A model generated the notes under the pieces. It was not told where the DNA came from. It made no database searches and worked only from the letters and a program-made list of their open reading frames with translations. 64,000 bases of DNA from positions 800,001-864,000 of the forward strand of contig CAWGJT010000010.1 in the NCBI GenBank assembly GCA_963822965.1, given 5' to 3'. This document shows, piece by piece, positions 32,331 to 42,120 of this stretch (positions within the stretch are counted from its first letter, which is position 1; every line of letters begins with the position of its first letter). The translations under genes were made by a program, and so were the position numbers. This DNA is from an uncultured delta proteobacterium (GTDB lineage Bacteria; Myxococcota_A; UBA9160; UBA4427).

Positions 32331-33805
32331 TGGACGAGCTGTTCGGGCCTGTTTCGCAACGCGGTGCTCGGGGGTCTCCTGGTGGCGATCCTGTGCAGCC
32401 TGCTCGGCGTCTACGTGGTGCTGCGGCGGCTGGTGCTGCTGGGCGTGGCGCTGCCCCAGGCCGGTGCCGCCGGCATCGCCGCCGCCTTCTGGCTCACCGG
32501 GCACGCCCACCACGCGGGCAGCGGTCACGCGAGCGCGCTCGCCGGCTCGCTGGTGGCGACGTTCGGCACCCTGGCGCTGCTGGTGCTCGGCCAGCGAGGC
32601 GCGAGCTCGCCCACCGAGTGGCGGCGTGGGCGCGCTCTTCGCGATCGCGTCGGCCGCCACCGTGCTCTTCGTCGCGCTGAATCCCACGGGCGATCTGGAG
32701 ATGACGAATCTCCTGCGAGGCGAGCTGCTGGCGCTCGGCGACCGCGACCTCGCGGTGCTCGCGGTCGCCACCGGCGTCGGGCTGGTGGTGTTCTTCGCGT
32801 TCCGCCGGGAGATCCTGCTGGCGTCGTTCGACCCCGAGTTCGCCCGCACCATCGGGCGCGACCCCCGGCGAGGCGACGCGCTGCTGTTCGGGCTGCTCGG
32901 GCGGGGGCATCGCCCTCGGCGTGATGGACGCGGGTCCGCTCGTGGTGTTCGGCTTTCTGGTGCTGCCGGCCCTGACGGCGCTGCGGGTGGCGCCCGGGCT
33001 CGGCGCGGCCATGGTGATCGCGGTGGCGGTCGGCGCCTTCTCGTCCGTGGGAGGCTTCGTCCTGGCCTATCGCGCCGACGTGCCGACGGGCCCCGCGAGC
33101 GTCGCCCTGGCTGCGGCCTGCTGGCTGGGGGTCTCGGGCCTGGCCCGCCTCGGTCGGTGGCTCCGCCGGGGTCGGGCCGCACGCGCGAGCCAGGTGGCGC
33201 TGGTGTTGCTGATCGGGGTCTGCTTGGCCGCGGTGCCGGGATGTGGCGGCCTCTTCGGCGCGCGGGTCGACGACTCCCCGCTGCCGGGGGGCACCTTGCC
33301 CGACCTGTCCGATCGGGGTCCCGTCTCGGTGGCGCGATTCCGCAACGAGACCGCCACGCCGCTGCGCATTCCGAGCGGCAACCCCATCCGGGAGACCGAG
33401 CGCGCCGTCGGCCGTGCTCCCGCCGACGACTGGACCGTGCCCGACGCCCTCCAGCAGCACGCCGTCCACGAGCTCGCGCGACGCGGCGTGGCGGTGCGGG
33501 GCTTCGACGAGGACCGCATCACCCTCGTCGACGTGCCCCGAGACCCCGCAGACGCGGCGCGCCTCGCCAGCGCGGCCGGAGTGGACGGCCCGGTGCTCTT
33601 CGGCCGGCTCGACCGGTACACGTTCACGCAGACCGGTCTGCTGCTCGTGCGGCTCGAGCTGTGGCTCGTCGATCCCGCCAGCGGCGACGTCCTGTGGCAG
33701 GGAAGCGCACATCGGCCGGTGTCCGTGCGGAGCACCCTCAGCGCCCAGGAGCTCGTCCTCGACGCGGCGCCTCGGATCTTCGCCGAGGCGTTCGGCAGCG
33801 GCTGA
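32330..33805 (+). CDS. Metal ABC permease (ZnuB-like) with C-terminal periplasmic/lipoprotein-like extension (frameshifts in 5' part)
   Basis: LLGVYVVLRR, LLRGELLA, SFDPEFA, GPLVVFGFLVLPA, DVPTGPASV, continuing in frame into AAVPGC and ~190 aa of soluble domain. Confidence 0.8.
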
Positions 33806-33809
33806 CGCG

Positions 33810-34580
33810 TCAGAGGGAGAGCGGCAGCTCCAGGTGCTCGGCATAGATGCGATCGCGGTGCTCGAGCAGGATCGGGTCGAGCGCGGCGTCGATCTGCTCG
33901 TCGCGGGCGGTGAAGGCCGCGCGCAGGGCGTCGGGCATCGGACACTGATCGGGCGGAAGCGGCTCGAACAGGGCCATGAAGGCCGCGCTGTAGAGGTCCA
34001 CCGCCGTGAGCGAGTCGCCCAGGTAGTAGCCGCTGCCGGCGTCGCGCTGGGCGCGCAGCCGGGCGGAGAGCATCGCGAGGATCTCGGCCACCCGGCGGTC
34101 GTAGAGCTCGGCGTCCTCTTCTCGATAGCCGTACTTGTCCGCCAGATAGCGGGCGACGCCCGGCGAGAACCCCGGCCCGCCCTGCAGGCCCGAGTGAACC
34201 CCCGCGTTGCGCCGACACCAGCCGAGGCCCATCTCCCCGCAGATCTCGTGGGAAAGGCCCATGGCCAGCGCCCGCTCGCCGGCGTCGGCCGGCAGCAGCC
34301 GGGGCTTCGGCGCCAGTCGCTCCCCCAGCAGCAGGATCTGCGACCACGATCCGCGCGGCGGCTCCCGGTCGAAGACGGCCACGGGGCCGCTGCGCTCCCC
34401 CGCCCACTCGGCGAGGGCCGCGTTGGCGGGATCCAGCCGGACGGCCACCCAGGGAATGCGCTTGGTATGCAGGATTCCCTTGGCGGCCTCGCCCCACGGG
34501 CTCGGCACGCCCGAGACGACCACCATGCGCAGGCCGTCCCGATCCCGGGCGGCTTCGAACTCGACGAACTCGACGGGCAT
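33810..34580 (-). CDS. Glutathione S-transferase-like protein
   Basis: GVPSPWGEAAKGILHTK, YYLGDSLTAVDLYSA. Confidence 0.72.
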   Translation of the reverse strand: MPVEFVEFEAARDRDGLRMVVVSGVPSPWGEAAKGILHTKRIPWVAVRLDPANAALAEWAGERSGPVAVFDREPPRGSWSQILLLGERLAPKPRLLPADAGERALAMGLSHEICGEMGLGWCRRNAGVHSGLQGGPGFSPGVARYLADKYGYREEDAELYDRRVAEILAMLSARLRAQRDAGSGYYLGDSLTAVDLYSAAFMALFEPLPPDQCPMPDALRAAFTARDEQIDAALDPILLEHRDRIYAEHLELPLSL

Positions 34581-34696
34581 GTCGCGGATCTCCTCCGGGC
34601 GCGCGCGTCGATTGTCCACGAAACCCGAAGCCCCGCCAGGGCGCGCCAGGCGCCCGACTTGACCGTCGAGGCGGCCTCGTCTTCCATCGCCCGCGG

Positions 34697-36043
34697 ATGC
34701 ACGCCTTCCGTCGCTTCCGCGCTACGACCTCGCTCCTGCTGCTGGCGATCGCTTCGCCCGTGGCGGTCGCTTGCCGTCCCCCGCCGGCGCCGCGGACCGT
34801 CGTGCTGGTGGTGGTCGACACGCTGCGGGCCGACCGACTCGGGCTCTACGGCAACTCGAGGCCCACGAGCCCGCGCCTCGACGAGCTGGGCCGCGACGCG
34901 ATCGTGTACCGGCGCGCCTACGCCCAGGCGCCCTGGACGACGGCCTCCATCGCGTCGCTCCTGACGTCCCGCTTCCCCCGTACCCTGGGCATCGCCCAGG
35001 AGAGCTCGATCCTCGACGAGCGTTGGACGCTGCTCCCCGAGCTCTTTCGCGCGGCCGGCTACCGGACCGGGGCGGTGGTGAGTCACACGTTCTGCTCGCG
35101 GCGCTGGGGATTCGGCCAGGGCTTCGAGAGCTTCGACGAGAGCAACGTCGGCGCGCCCGAAGACGCCATCGCTCCGGGCGTGAGCGACGCCGGGATCGCG
35201 TTCCTGGAGGCGCATCCGGATGAGCCCGTCTTCCTCTTCCTGCACTACTTCGACCCACACTTCAGCTACGTGGAGCACGAGGGCTTCCGGTTCGCTCCGG
35301 CGCCGGGCTACCAGGGGCCGATCGCGGATCGGGTGCGGGCCCCCTCGCTCCGGCGCCTGCGGGATGGCCTGTCCCAGGCCGACGTGCACGAGATGCAGCG
35401 GGTCTACGATTCGGAGGTGGCCTGGGTCGACCACCACATCGGGCGCGTGCTCGACGCGCTGCGCCGGAGCGGGCGCTACGCCGGGGCGGCCATCGTCGTG
35501 ACCGCGGACCACGGCGAGGAGTTCCTCGACCACGGGAGCCTCGGGCACGGGCGCACCCTCTACGACGAGCAGCTCCACGTGCCGCTTCTCGTGAAGCTGC
35601 CCGGGCGCGCACCCGGGCTCGTCGACGATCCGGTGGCGCTGCTGGACGTCTTCCCCACCCTGGCTTCGGTGGCGGGGCTGTCGCTCGACGGCGGGGAGCG
35701 GGGCGTCGACCTGCTCGATCGCGAGCCGCCGGACCCGCGTCCGCTCTTCGCGGAGACGGAGCGCTTCGGCCGCTTCCGGAGCGTACGCCTGGGGGCCTTC
35801 AAGCTGATCGAGAACACCCGGACCGGGGCCGTCCAGCTCTTCGATCTGCAGCAAGACCCGGACGAGCGGCGCAATCTCGCGGAGCACGATCGACGACGCC
35901 TGAGCGAGCTCGAGAACGCACTCGAGCAGTGGCGGGTCGCCACGCCCCGGGGCCCGGTGCATCGGGAGATCGACCTCTCGGCCGAGGAGCGCGAGCGTCT
36001 GAAGGCCCTGGGCTATCTGGAAGGCCCGGACGACGGCGGCTGA
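34697..36043 (+). CDS. Sulfatase-like lipoprotein (non-canonical TTASI active-site motif)
   Basis: Lipobox AVAC, VVVDTLRADRL, QAPWTTASIASLLT, FLHYFDPH, TADHGEEF, LKALGYLE. Confidence 0.87.
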   Translation: MHAFRRFRATTSLLLLAIASPVAVACRPPPAPRTVVLVVVDTLRADRLGLYGNSRPTSPRLDELGRDAIVYRRAYAQAPWTTASIASLLTSRFPRTLGIAQESSILDERWTLLPELFRAAGYRTGAVVSHTFCSRRWGFGQGFESFDESNVGAPEDAIAPGVSDAGIAFLEAHPDEPVFLFLHYFDPHFSYVEHEGFRFAPAPGYQGPIADRVRAPSLRRLRDGLSQADVHEMQRVYDSEVAWVDHHIGRVLDALRRSGRYAGAAIVVTADHGEEFLDHGSLGHGRTLYDEQLHVPLLVKLPGRAPGLVDDPVALLDVFPTLASVAGLSLDGGERGVDLLDREPPDPRPLFAETERFGRFRSVRLGAFKLIENTRTGAVQLFDLQQDPDERRNLAEHDRRRLSELENALEQWRVATPRGPVHREIDLSAEERERLKALGYLEGPDDGG

Positions 36044-36067
36044 GCGGCAGCCGCCGAGCCGCGTGGG

Positions 36068-37876
36068 CTACGACGCGTCGGCCTGCAGCCTCGCCTCCAG
36101 CTGGTCGAGCTCGTCCGACAGCTCGTTCGGAAGACGCACGCCGAACTTCTCGTAGTACTCCCGGATCAGCGGGATCTCGGCGAGCCAGCCTTCGATGTCC
36201 ACCGCCAGCAGCTCGGCGAGATCGTCGTGGTCGATGGCGAGCCCGGAGAGGTCGAGCTCGCCGGCCGCGGGTACGATGCCGATCGCCGTCTCGAGGCCGG
36301 GCTGCTTGTCGCCGCAGCGCTCGAAGACCCACTTGAGCACGCGGCTGTTGTCGCCGAAGCCGGGCCACAGGAAGTCGCCGCCGCTGCTCTTGCGGAACCA
36401 GTTGACGTAGTAGATGCGGGGCAGCTTGGCGCCTTCGCGGCGCCCGATCTCGAGCCAGTGCGCCCAGTAGTCGGCCATGTTGTATCCGCAGAAGGGCAGC
36501 ATGGCCATCGGGTCGCGCCGCAGCTCGCCCACCTTGCCGGCTGCGGCGGCCGTCTTCTCGCTCGAGATGATCGAGCCGAGGAAGGTGCCGTGCTGCCAGC
36601 TGCGCGACTCGTGGACGAGGGGCACCACCGTCGCGCGCCGCCCGCCGAAGAGGATGGCGCTGATGGGCACGCCCTTCGGATCCTCCCACTCGGGCGCGAT
36701 CACCGGGCACTGGCCCGCCGGCGCCGTGAAGCGGGCGTTCGGGTGGGCCGCGGGCGTCTTGCTGCCCGGTGCCCAGTCGTTGCCCCGCCAGTCGATCAGG
36801 TGCGCCGGAGGCGGCTCGCTGAGACCCTCCCACCACACGTCGCCGTCGTCGGTCAGGGCCACGTTCGTGAAGATGCAGTTCTTCTTCAGTCCGAGCATGG
36901 CGTTCGGGTTCGAATGCATGCCCGTTCCCGGCGCCACCCCGAAGAAGCCCGCCTCGGGGTTGATGGCATAGAGCCGCCCGTCCTCGCCGAACTTCATCCA
37001 GGCGATGTCGTCGCCGATGGTCTCGACCTTCCAGCCCGGGACCGTCGGGTTGAGCATGGCCAGGTTGGTCTTGCCGCAGGCGCTCGGGAAGGCGGCGGCC
37101 AGGTAGCGCACCTCGCTCTCCGGCGACGTGAGCTTCAGGATGAGCATGTGCTCGGCGAGCCAGCCCTCGTCCCGGGCCATGGTCGAGGCGATGCGCAGCG
37201 CGAAGCACTTCTTGCCGAGCAGCGCGTTGCCCCCGTAGCCCGAGCCGTAGCTCCAGATCTCCCGGGTCTCGGGGAAGTGCACGATGTACTTGTTGTCGCC
37301 GTTGCACGGCCAGGCCACGTCCGCCTCGCCGGGTGCGAGGGGGTGGCCCACCGAGTGCAGGCACGGGACGAAGGCGCCGTCGTCTCCGATCAGCTCGAGG
37401 ACCTTCGAGCCCATCCGGGTCATGGTGCGCATGCTGGCCACCACGTAGGGCGAGTCCGTGATCTGGACGCCGATGTGCGCGATGTGGGAGCCGAGGGGCC
37501 CCATGCTGAAGGGAACGACGAAGAGGGTGCGGCCGCGCATGCTGCCCTGGAAGAGGCCGCGCAGGGTGACCTTCATCTCGGCCGGGTCGCACCAATTGTT
37601 GGTGGGGCCGGCGTCGTCCTTCTTCTCGCAGCAGATGAAGGTGCGGTCCTCCACCCGGGCCACGTCCGCCGGGTCGGACAGGACGAGATAGCTGTTGGCG
37701 CGCTTGGACTCGTTCAGCCGGCGAGCGGTTCCGGTCGCCAGCATCCGCTCGAACATCGCGTCGTACTCGGCCTGGGAGCCGTCGCACCAGTGGATGGCGT
37801 CGGGCTGGGTGAGGGAGGCGACTTCGTCGACCCAGGCGAGGAGTCGAGCGTTGCGGGTGGGCGCGTCGGTCTTCAT
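36068..37876 (-). CDS. pckG: Phosphoenolpyruvate carboxykinase (GTP)
   Basis: [57 protein letters not shown]. Confidence 0.97.
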   Translation of the reverse strand: MKTDAPTRNARLLAWVDEVASLTQPDAIHWCDGSQAEYDAMFERMLATGTARRLNESKRANSYLVLSDPADVARVEDRTFICCEKKDDAGPTNNWCDPAEMKVTLRGLFQGSMRGRTLFVVPFSMGPLGSHIAHIGVQITDSPYVVASMRTMTRMGSKVLELIGDDGAFVPCLHSVGHPLAPGEADVAWPCNGDNKYIVHFPETREIWSYGSGYGGNALLGKKCFALRIASTMARDEGWLAEHMLILKLTSPESEVRYLAAAFPSACGKTNLAMLNPTVPGWKVETIGDDIAWMKFGEDGRLYAINPEAGFFGVAPGTGMHSNPNAMLGLKKNCIFTNVALTDDGDVWWEGLSEPPPAHLIDWRGNDWAPGSKTPAAHPNARFTAPAGQCPVIAPEWEDPKGVPISAILFGGRRATVVPLVHESRSWQHGTFLGSIISSEKTAAAAGKVGELRRDPMAMLPFCGYNMADYWAHWLEIGRREGAKLPRIYYVNWFRKSSGGDFLWPGFGDNSRVLKWVFERCGDKQPGLETAIGIVPAAGELDLSGLAIDHDDLAELLAVDIEGWLAEIPLIREYYEKFGVRLPNELSDELDQLEARLQADAS

Positions 37877-38044
37877 GGTTTGCTTGGCCTCGAATCGCTT
37901 CGGAATCGGTGATGTGGCGGCGCCACGGGGTGGTCCCGAAGCCCGTGCTGTATGTGGCCCCGGACGACCGAACGGTGACCCCGGTCGAGGTCGCTGAGCG
38001 GAGTTCCGCAGGCCGGTTCAGGCTCTTCTCTCGGATCCCTCTCT

Positions 38045-38093
38045 CGGCTCTTTGCCGGCTCTCTCACGGCTCTCTCACGGTCTACTTACGGTC
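38045..38093. repeat. Degenerate 11-bp tandem repeat (CGGCTCTCTCA-like, ~4.5 copies) upstream of pckG
   Basis: CGGCTCTTTGC / CGGCTCTCTCA / CGGCTCTCTCA / CGGTCTACTTA / CGGTC. Confidence 0.7.
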
Positions 38094-38285
38094 CTGGCTT
38101 GCCGTCGAGCCGAACCGTCCCCCGTGCCGGCGAGGAAGACAATTACAGCCGGGAATGAGCGATTTCGGAAGGGGGTGCAACAATTCTTTCCCCCTGGCCC
38201 GGGGGCCCGTTCGGTGGTCTGGGCTCCCCGGAGGGTTCCGCTGCCGGGATGCTCGTGCAACCCCGGGGGCCTGCCTGTGCGGGGA

Positions 38286-39164
38286 TCAGTCCGTGTCCGG
38301 CTCGTCCGGCAGGAGTCCCATCGCGCGCGCGCGTTCCAGCTCCTGCCGGTAGCCGGGATTCGGACGGCACGTGTGCTTCGAGGCGCCGGTGGAGAGCAGC
38401 CGGCCGTCGCGGGTCCACAGGCGCGAGACGCAGCCCACCAGCCCGTCGCGCGCCAGCGGCACGTGGCCGTCGGCGAGCATCCAGGTCTCGGCGGGTGCGA
38501 AGCGATGGAACTGCACCATCAGGTCGAGGTTGGGTGCCAGGAAGCGGAACGGCCAGCGGTGGGCGGCGATGGTGGCGTTCCAGCCCGGCAGGTCGAGCCA
38601 GAACAGCTGACGGACGGCGTCCGCCTCGGCGTCGCCGACGGGGGTCTCCACCAGGCGCAGCCAGCACCGCCACACGGGATCGCCCGGAGGCTCGCGCCAC
38701 CGCAGGGGTCGGCCTTCGATGCTGCGCCAGATGGGATACCACTCGCCGTACTCGTCGCCCGCCAGCTCGCCGAAGCTGCGCAGGCGCTCGGGCGCCGGCA
38801 CGTCGGGGCCGCGAGTCACCTCGTGCTCGAAGCCGTCGAGCCCCTCGTCGACGGTCCAGACGCTGGCCGCGAGCAGCAGGCGCTCGTGCTGTCGCAGCTC
38901 CACGCGCAGGGACTCGGCCCGCCGGCCGCCTCCCTGCTGGACGACCGTCACGTCTACGGGCTCGAAGCTGCCGACGCTCAGGAAGTGGCAGTGGAAGCTG
39001 GCCGGCCGCGCGAAGCGGCTCTCGGCGAGCGCCGCGCGCAGTGCGATGGCCGCCACGTAGCCGCCATTGGGTCCCCAGACCGCCCAGTCCGGGGAGAGGG
39101 AGGCCGTGTAGGTCCCCGGCTGGCCGGCCGGCCGCACGGCGGTGTCGGCGATGAGGTCCGGCAA
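38286..39164 (-). CDS. Thioesterase family (double hotdog) protein
   Basis: DWAVWGPNGGYVAAIAL, APNLDLMVQFH, RLWTRDGRLL. Confidence 0.85.
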   Translation of the reverse strand: MPDLIADTAVRPAGQPGTYTASLSPDWAVWGPNGGYVAAIALRAALAESRFARPASFHCHFLSVGSFEPVDVTVVQQGGGRRAESLRVELRQHERLLLAASVWTVDEGLDGFEHEVTRGPDVPAPERLRSFGELAGDEYGEWYPIWRSIEGRPLRWREPPGDPVWRCWLRLVETPVGDAEADAVRQLFWLDLPGWNATIAAHRWPFRFLAPNLDLMVQFHRFAPAETWMLADGHVPLARDGLVGCVSRLWTRDGRLLSTGASKHTCRPNPGYRQELERARAMGLLPDEPDTD

Positions 39165-39333
39165 GCAGTCTCCCTGGACCGGCGTTCTTCCGGCGCGGGT
39201 CCGGCACGCGTCCCGCGGAGGATCCCCGTCCCGGCCGGCGGCTGCGGGGATGCTCTATCGTCGCACGCAAGCGCCAAGCCGGGGAGGGCCGGGTCCACGG
39301 CTACGAGCCGGACGAGCCCAGAGGAGACCCCCG

Positions 39334-40461
39334 ATGAGCGATCGCGACAGGACCGGAGAGCGGCCGCTCCGGGTGATCCAGTGGTCGACGGGGAATGCGG
39401 GGCGCCACGCGTTGCGGGGCATCGTTGGCCACCCCGACCTCGAGCTGGTGGGCGTGCACGCCCACGCACCGGACAAGGTCGGACGCGACGCCGCGGAGCT
39501 CGCGGGTCTCGATTCGCCCACGGGTGTGATCGCGACCGACGACGCCGAGGCGCTGCTGGCCCTCGACGCGGACTGCGTCTGCTACACCGCCCAGGGCGAG
39601 ACGCGAATCCGCGAGGCGGTGGGAGACCTGGCTCGCATCCTGACCGCGGGGCGGAACGTCGTGAGCACGTCGATCGTCTCGCTCGTGTACCCGCCCTTCG
39701 CGAGCCCGAAGCTGCGCGAGGTTCTCGAGAAGGCGTGCGCCGAGGGCGGCAGCACGCTCTTCACGTCGGGCTTCGACCCGGGCTGGTCGGGAGACGTCAT
39801 TCCCCTGGCGCTGGCGGCGTGCTGCGAGCGGGTGGACTCGATCCGGGTCTCCGAGCTGATGGACTACTCCACCTATCCCGATCCCGGCTTCACGGGGGTC
39901 TTCTTCGGCTTCGGGCGGCCGCTCGACTACGCGGCGCCGCTGCTGCAGCCCGGCATGTTGAAGGGGGGTTGGGGCGGCATGGTGCTCCTGCTCGCGGACG
40001 CGCTGGGCGTGCGCCTCGACGAGATCCGCGAGGAGCACGAACGCCTGCCGGCCCCCGAGACCTTCGACACCGCCATGGGACGGATCGAGGCGGGAACCTG
40101 CGCGGGCGTCCGATTCGAGGTGCAGGGGATCGTCGACGGGAGGCCGGCTCTGGTGGCGGCCCACGTGAACCGCCTGCGCGACGACATCGGGCCGGACTGG
40201 GCGCGGCTGTCCGCCGGCAAGCACTCGGGCTACCAGATGGAGGTGTCGGGCTCTCCCTCGTTCCGTTGCGAGATCGAGCCCGTGGGCGAGGACGGCGACC
40301 ACAACAGCGCCGGCATCCTGGGAACCGCGATGCGGGTGGTGAATGCCATCCCGGTGGTCTGCGCCCACGAGCCGGGAATGGTCTCCCCCCTGGACCTGCC
40401 GCTGTTCACGGCGCGGGGCCTGGGCGGACGGAGAGCCGCGCGAAGGGAGGGACGGCAATGA
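39334..40461 (+). CDS. NAD(P)H-dependent amine dehydrogenase / dihydrodipicolinate reductase-like protein
   Basis: RVIQWSTGNAG, KVGRDAAEL, SGFDPGW, TAMRVVNAIPVVC. Confidence 0.82.
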   Translation: MSDRDRTGERPLRVIQWSTGNAGRHALRGIVGHPDLELVGVHAHAPDKVGRDAAELAGLDSPTGVIATDDAEALLALDADCVCYTAQGETRIREAVGDLARILTAGRNVVSTSIVSLVYPPFASPKLREVLEKACAEGGSTLFTSGFDPGWSGDVIPLALAACCERVDSIRVSELMDYSTYPDPGFTGVFFGFGRPLDYAAPLLQPGMLKGGWGGMVLLLADALGVRLDEIREEHERLPAPETFDTAMGRIEAGTCAGVRFEVQGIVDGRPALVAAHVNRLRDDIGPDWARLSAGKHSGYQMEVSGSPSFRCEIEPVGEDGDHNSAGILGTAMRVVNAIPVVCAHEPGMVSPLDLPLFTARGLGGRRAARREGRQ

Positions 40462-40955
40462 CCGAGACGAGCAAGGCGCCGCGGCCGATCAGCGAGCGAC
40501 AGATGCGGATCATGAAGGCCGTAATGGGACCCTTCTCCCGGTGGCAGGCTCGCCGCTACCTGCGCTCGGGCGGGCGCAAGATGGGGGCGTTCCTGGGGCG
40601 CGACATCTGCGTGGTCACCATGAAGGGGGCGCGCAGCGGGAAGACCCGACACGTTCCCCTCATGTACGTCCCGTACCAGGGGCCGGCGGGCGAGGGCGTC
40701 ATCCTGGTGGCCTCCCTGGGCGGGGCTCCCCGGCATCCCACCTGGTACTACAACGTCGTCGCCCACCCCGACATCGAGGTGCAGGTGAAGGGCCGCAGCC
40801 TCTCGCTGCACGCACGGCGGGCGTCGCCGGAGGAGAAGGCGCGGGTGTGGCCGCTGTGCATCGAGCACTACCCGGACTACCAGACCTACCAGGACCGGAC
40901 GAGCCGGGACATCCCCGTGTTCATCTGCGAGCCGCGGGGTGCGTCGGAGTCGTGA
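40458..40955 (+). CDS. Deazaflavin (F420H2)-dependent nitroreductase/quinone reductase, Ddn family
   Basis: GARSGKTRHVPL, VASLGGAPRHPTWYYN, YQDRTSRDIPVF; ATGA overlap. Confidence 0.9.
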   Translation: MTETSKAPRPISERQMRIMKAVMGPFSRWQARRYLRSGGRKMGAFLGRDICVVTMKGARSGKTRHVPLMYVPYQGPAGEGVILVASLGGAPRHPTWYYNVVAHPDIEVQVKGRSLSLHARRASPEEKARVWPLCIEHYPDYQTYQDRTSRDIPVFICEPRGASES

Positions 40956-42076
40956 CGGCGCGACCGGGTCTGGAAGCCCTCCGGGTGCTCGCCGGCGAGC
41001 CGGCTCGGGCCTGCGCGTTGCCCGGAGAATGCTATCTGGATCCGGGCTTCTTCGAGCTCGAGCTCGAGAAGGTTCTGAGGCCCGGGTGGCACGCCGTCGC
41101 CCACGCGAGCCAGCTCGCCGAGCCCGGCGACTACCGCTCGGTGGATCTGCTCGGCACCCCGCTGCTCGTGCTGCGCGACGAGAGCCGCCGGCTGCGCGCC
41201 TTCTCCCGTGTCTGCCTGCACCGGGCTTTGCCCATCGTCGAGGGGGCGGGCAACACGCGCCGCTTCTCCTGCCCCTATCACCGCTGGGCCTACGACCTCG
41301 ACGGGCGCCTGCGGGCCGCGCCCTCGATGAACGAGGTGCCGGGCTTCGATCGCGACGCCTGCCGACTGCCGGAGCTGCCGATCGAGGAGTGGCAGGGCTT
41401 CGCGTTCGTCTCCCTCGACCCGACCGCGGAGTCCCTGTCGGCGAGGCTCGGCCCGCTCACGGGGATGCTGGCGCCGGAGCCCTTCGACGAGCTGGTGGTG
41501 ATCGGCTCCCTGGCCTTCGACTCGCCCTTCAACTGGAAGGTGCTGGTGGAGAACTTCGTCGAGTCCTATCACCACCAGGGTCCGCACCTCGAGACCCTGC
41601 AGCCCACGAACCCCGCCGCCGGCACCCATGCCGTCCAGCTCGACGCGCCCGTCGCCCTGATCGAGAACCCGGCGGTGGAGGGCGCGCAGCCGTTCTGGGC
41701 GGGGCTCGTGTTCCCGACGTTCCTGTTCGCCTATTTCCGCACGGGCCCGACCGAGACGGCCCGCACGGGCGGACCCGCGGATCTGCCGATCGCTTCCTGG
41801 TACGAGATGGAGATCGACCGTCACGACCACTTCGGTCTGCGCATCCACATGCTGGCGCCGGCGGCCGTGGCCGGGAATCCCGATGCGGTCGCAGGCATCC
41901 TGCAGGCCGCGGAGCGCGTGCACCGTGAGGATCTCCCCATGTGCCTGGGGGTGCAGCACGGGCTGCACAGCGCGCTCTGGCGTCCCGGCCGGCTGGCGCC
42001 CCAGGAAGGGGCAGTCTGGCAATTCCACCGGCTGCTGCGCGCCGCACTGCTGACCCCCGCGCCGGAGTGGGTGTAG
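40952..42076 (+). CDS. Rieske aromatic ring-hydroxylating oxygenase alpha subunit
   Basis: CLHR...CPYHRW Rieske motif; NWKVLVENFVESYHHQGPH mononuclear Fe site; GTGA overlap. Confidence 0.92.
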   Translation: MTARPGLEALRVLAGEPARACALPGECYLDPGFFELELEKVLRPGWHAVAHASQLAEPGDYRSVDLLGTPLLVLRDESRRLRAFSRVCLHRALPIVEGAGNTRRFSCPYHRWAYDLDGRLRAAPSMNEVPGFDRDACRLPELPIEEWQGFAFVSLDPTAESLSARLGPLTGMLAPEPFDELVVIGSLAFDSPFNWKVLVENFVESYHHQGPHLETLQPTNPAAGTHAVQLDAPVALIENPAVEGAQPFWAGLVFPTFLFAYFRTGPTETARTGGPADLPIASWYEMEIDRHDHFGLRIHMLAPAAVAGNPDAVAGILQAAERVHREDLPMCLGVQHGLHSALWRPGRLAPQEGAVWQFHRLLRAALLTPAPEWV

Positions 42077-42120
42077 CCGGGCCCTCGGTCCGGAGCCCTT
42101 CGGCACCCCGGCGCTTCGGC

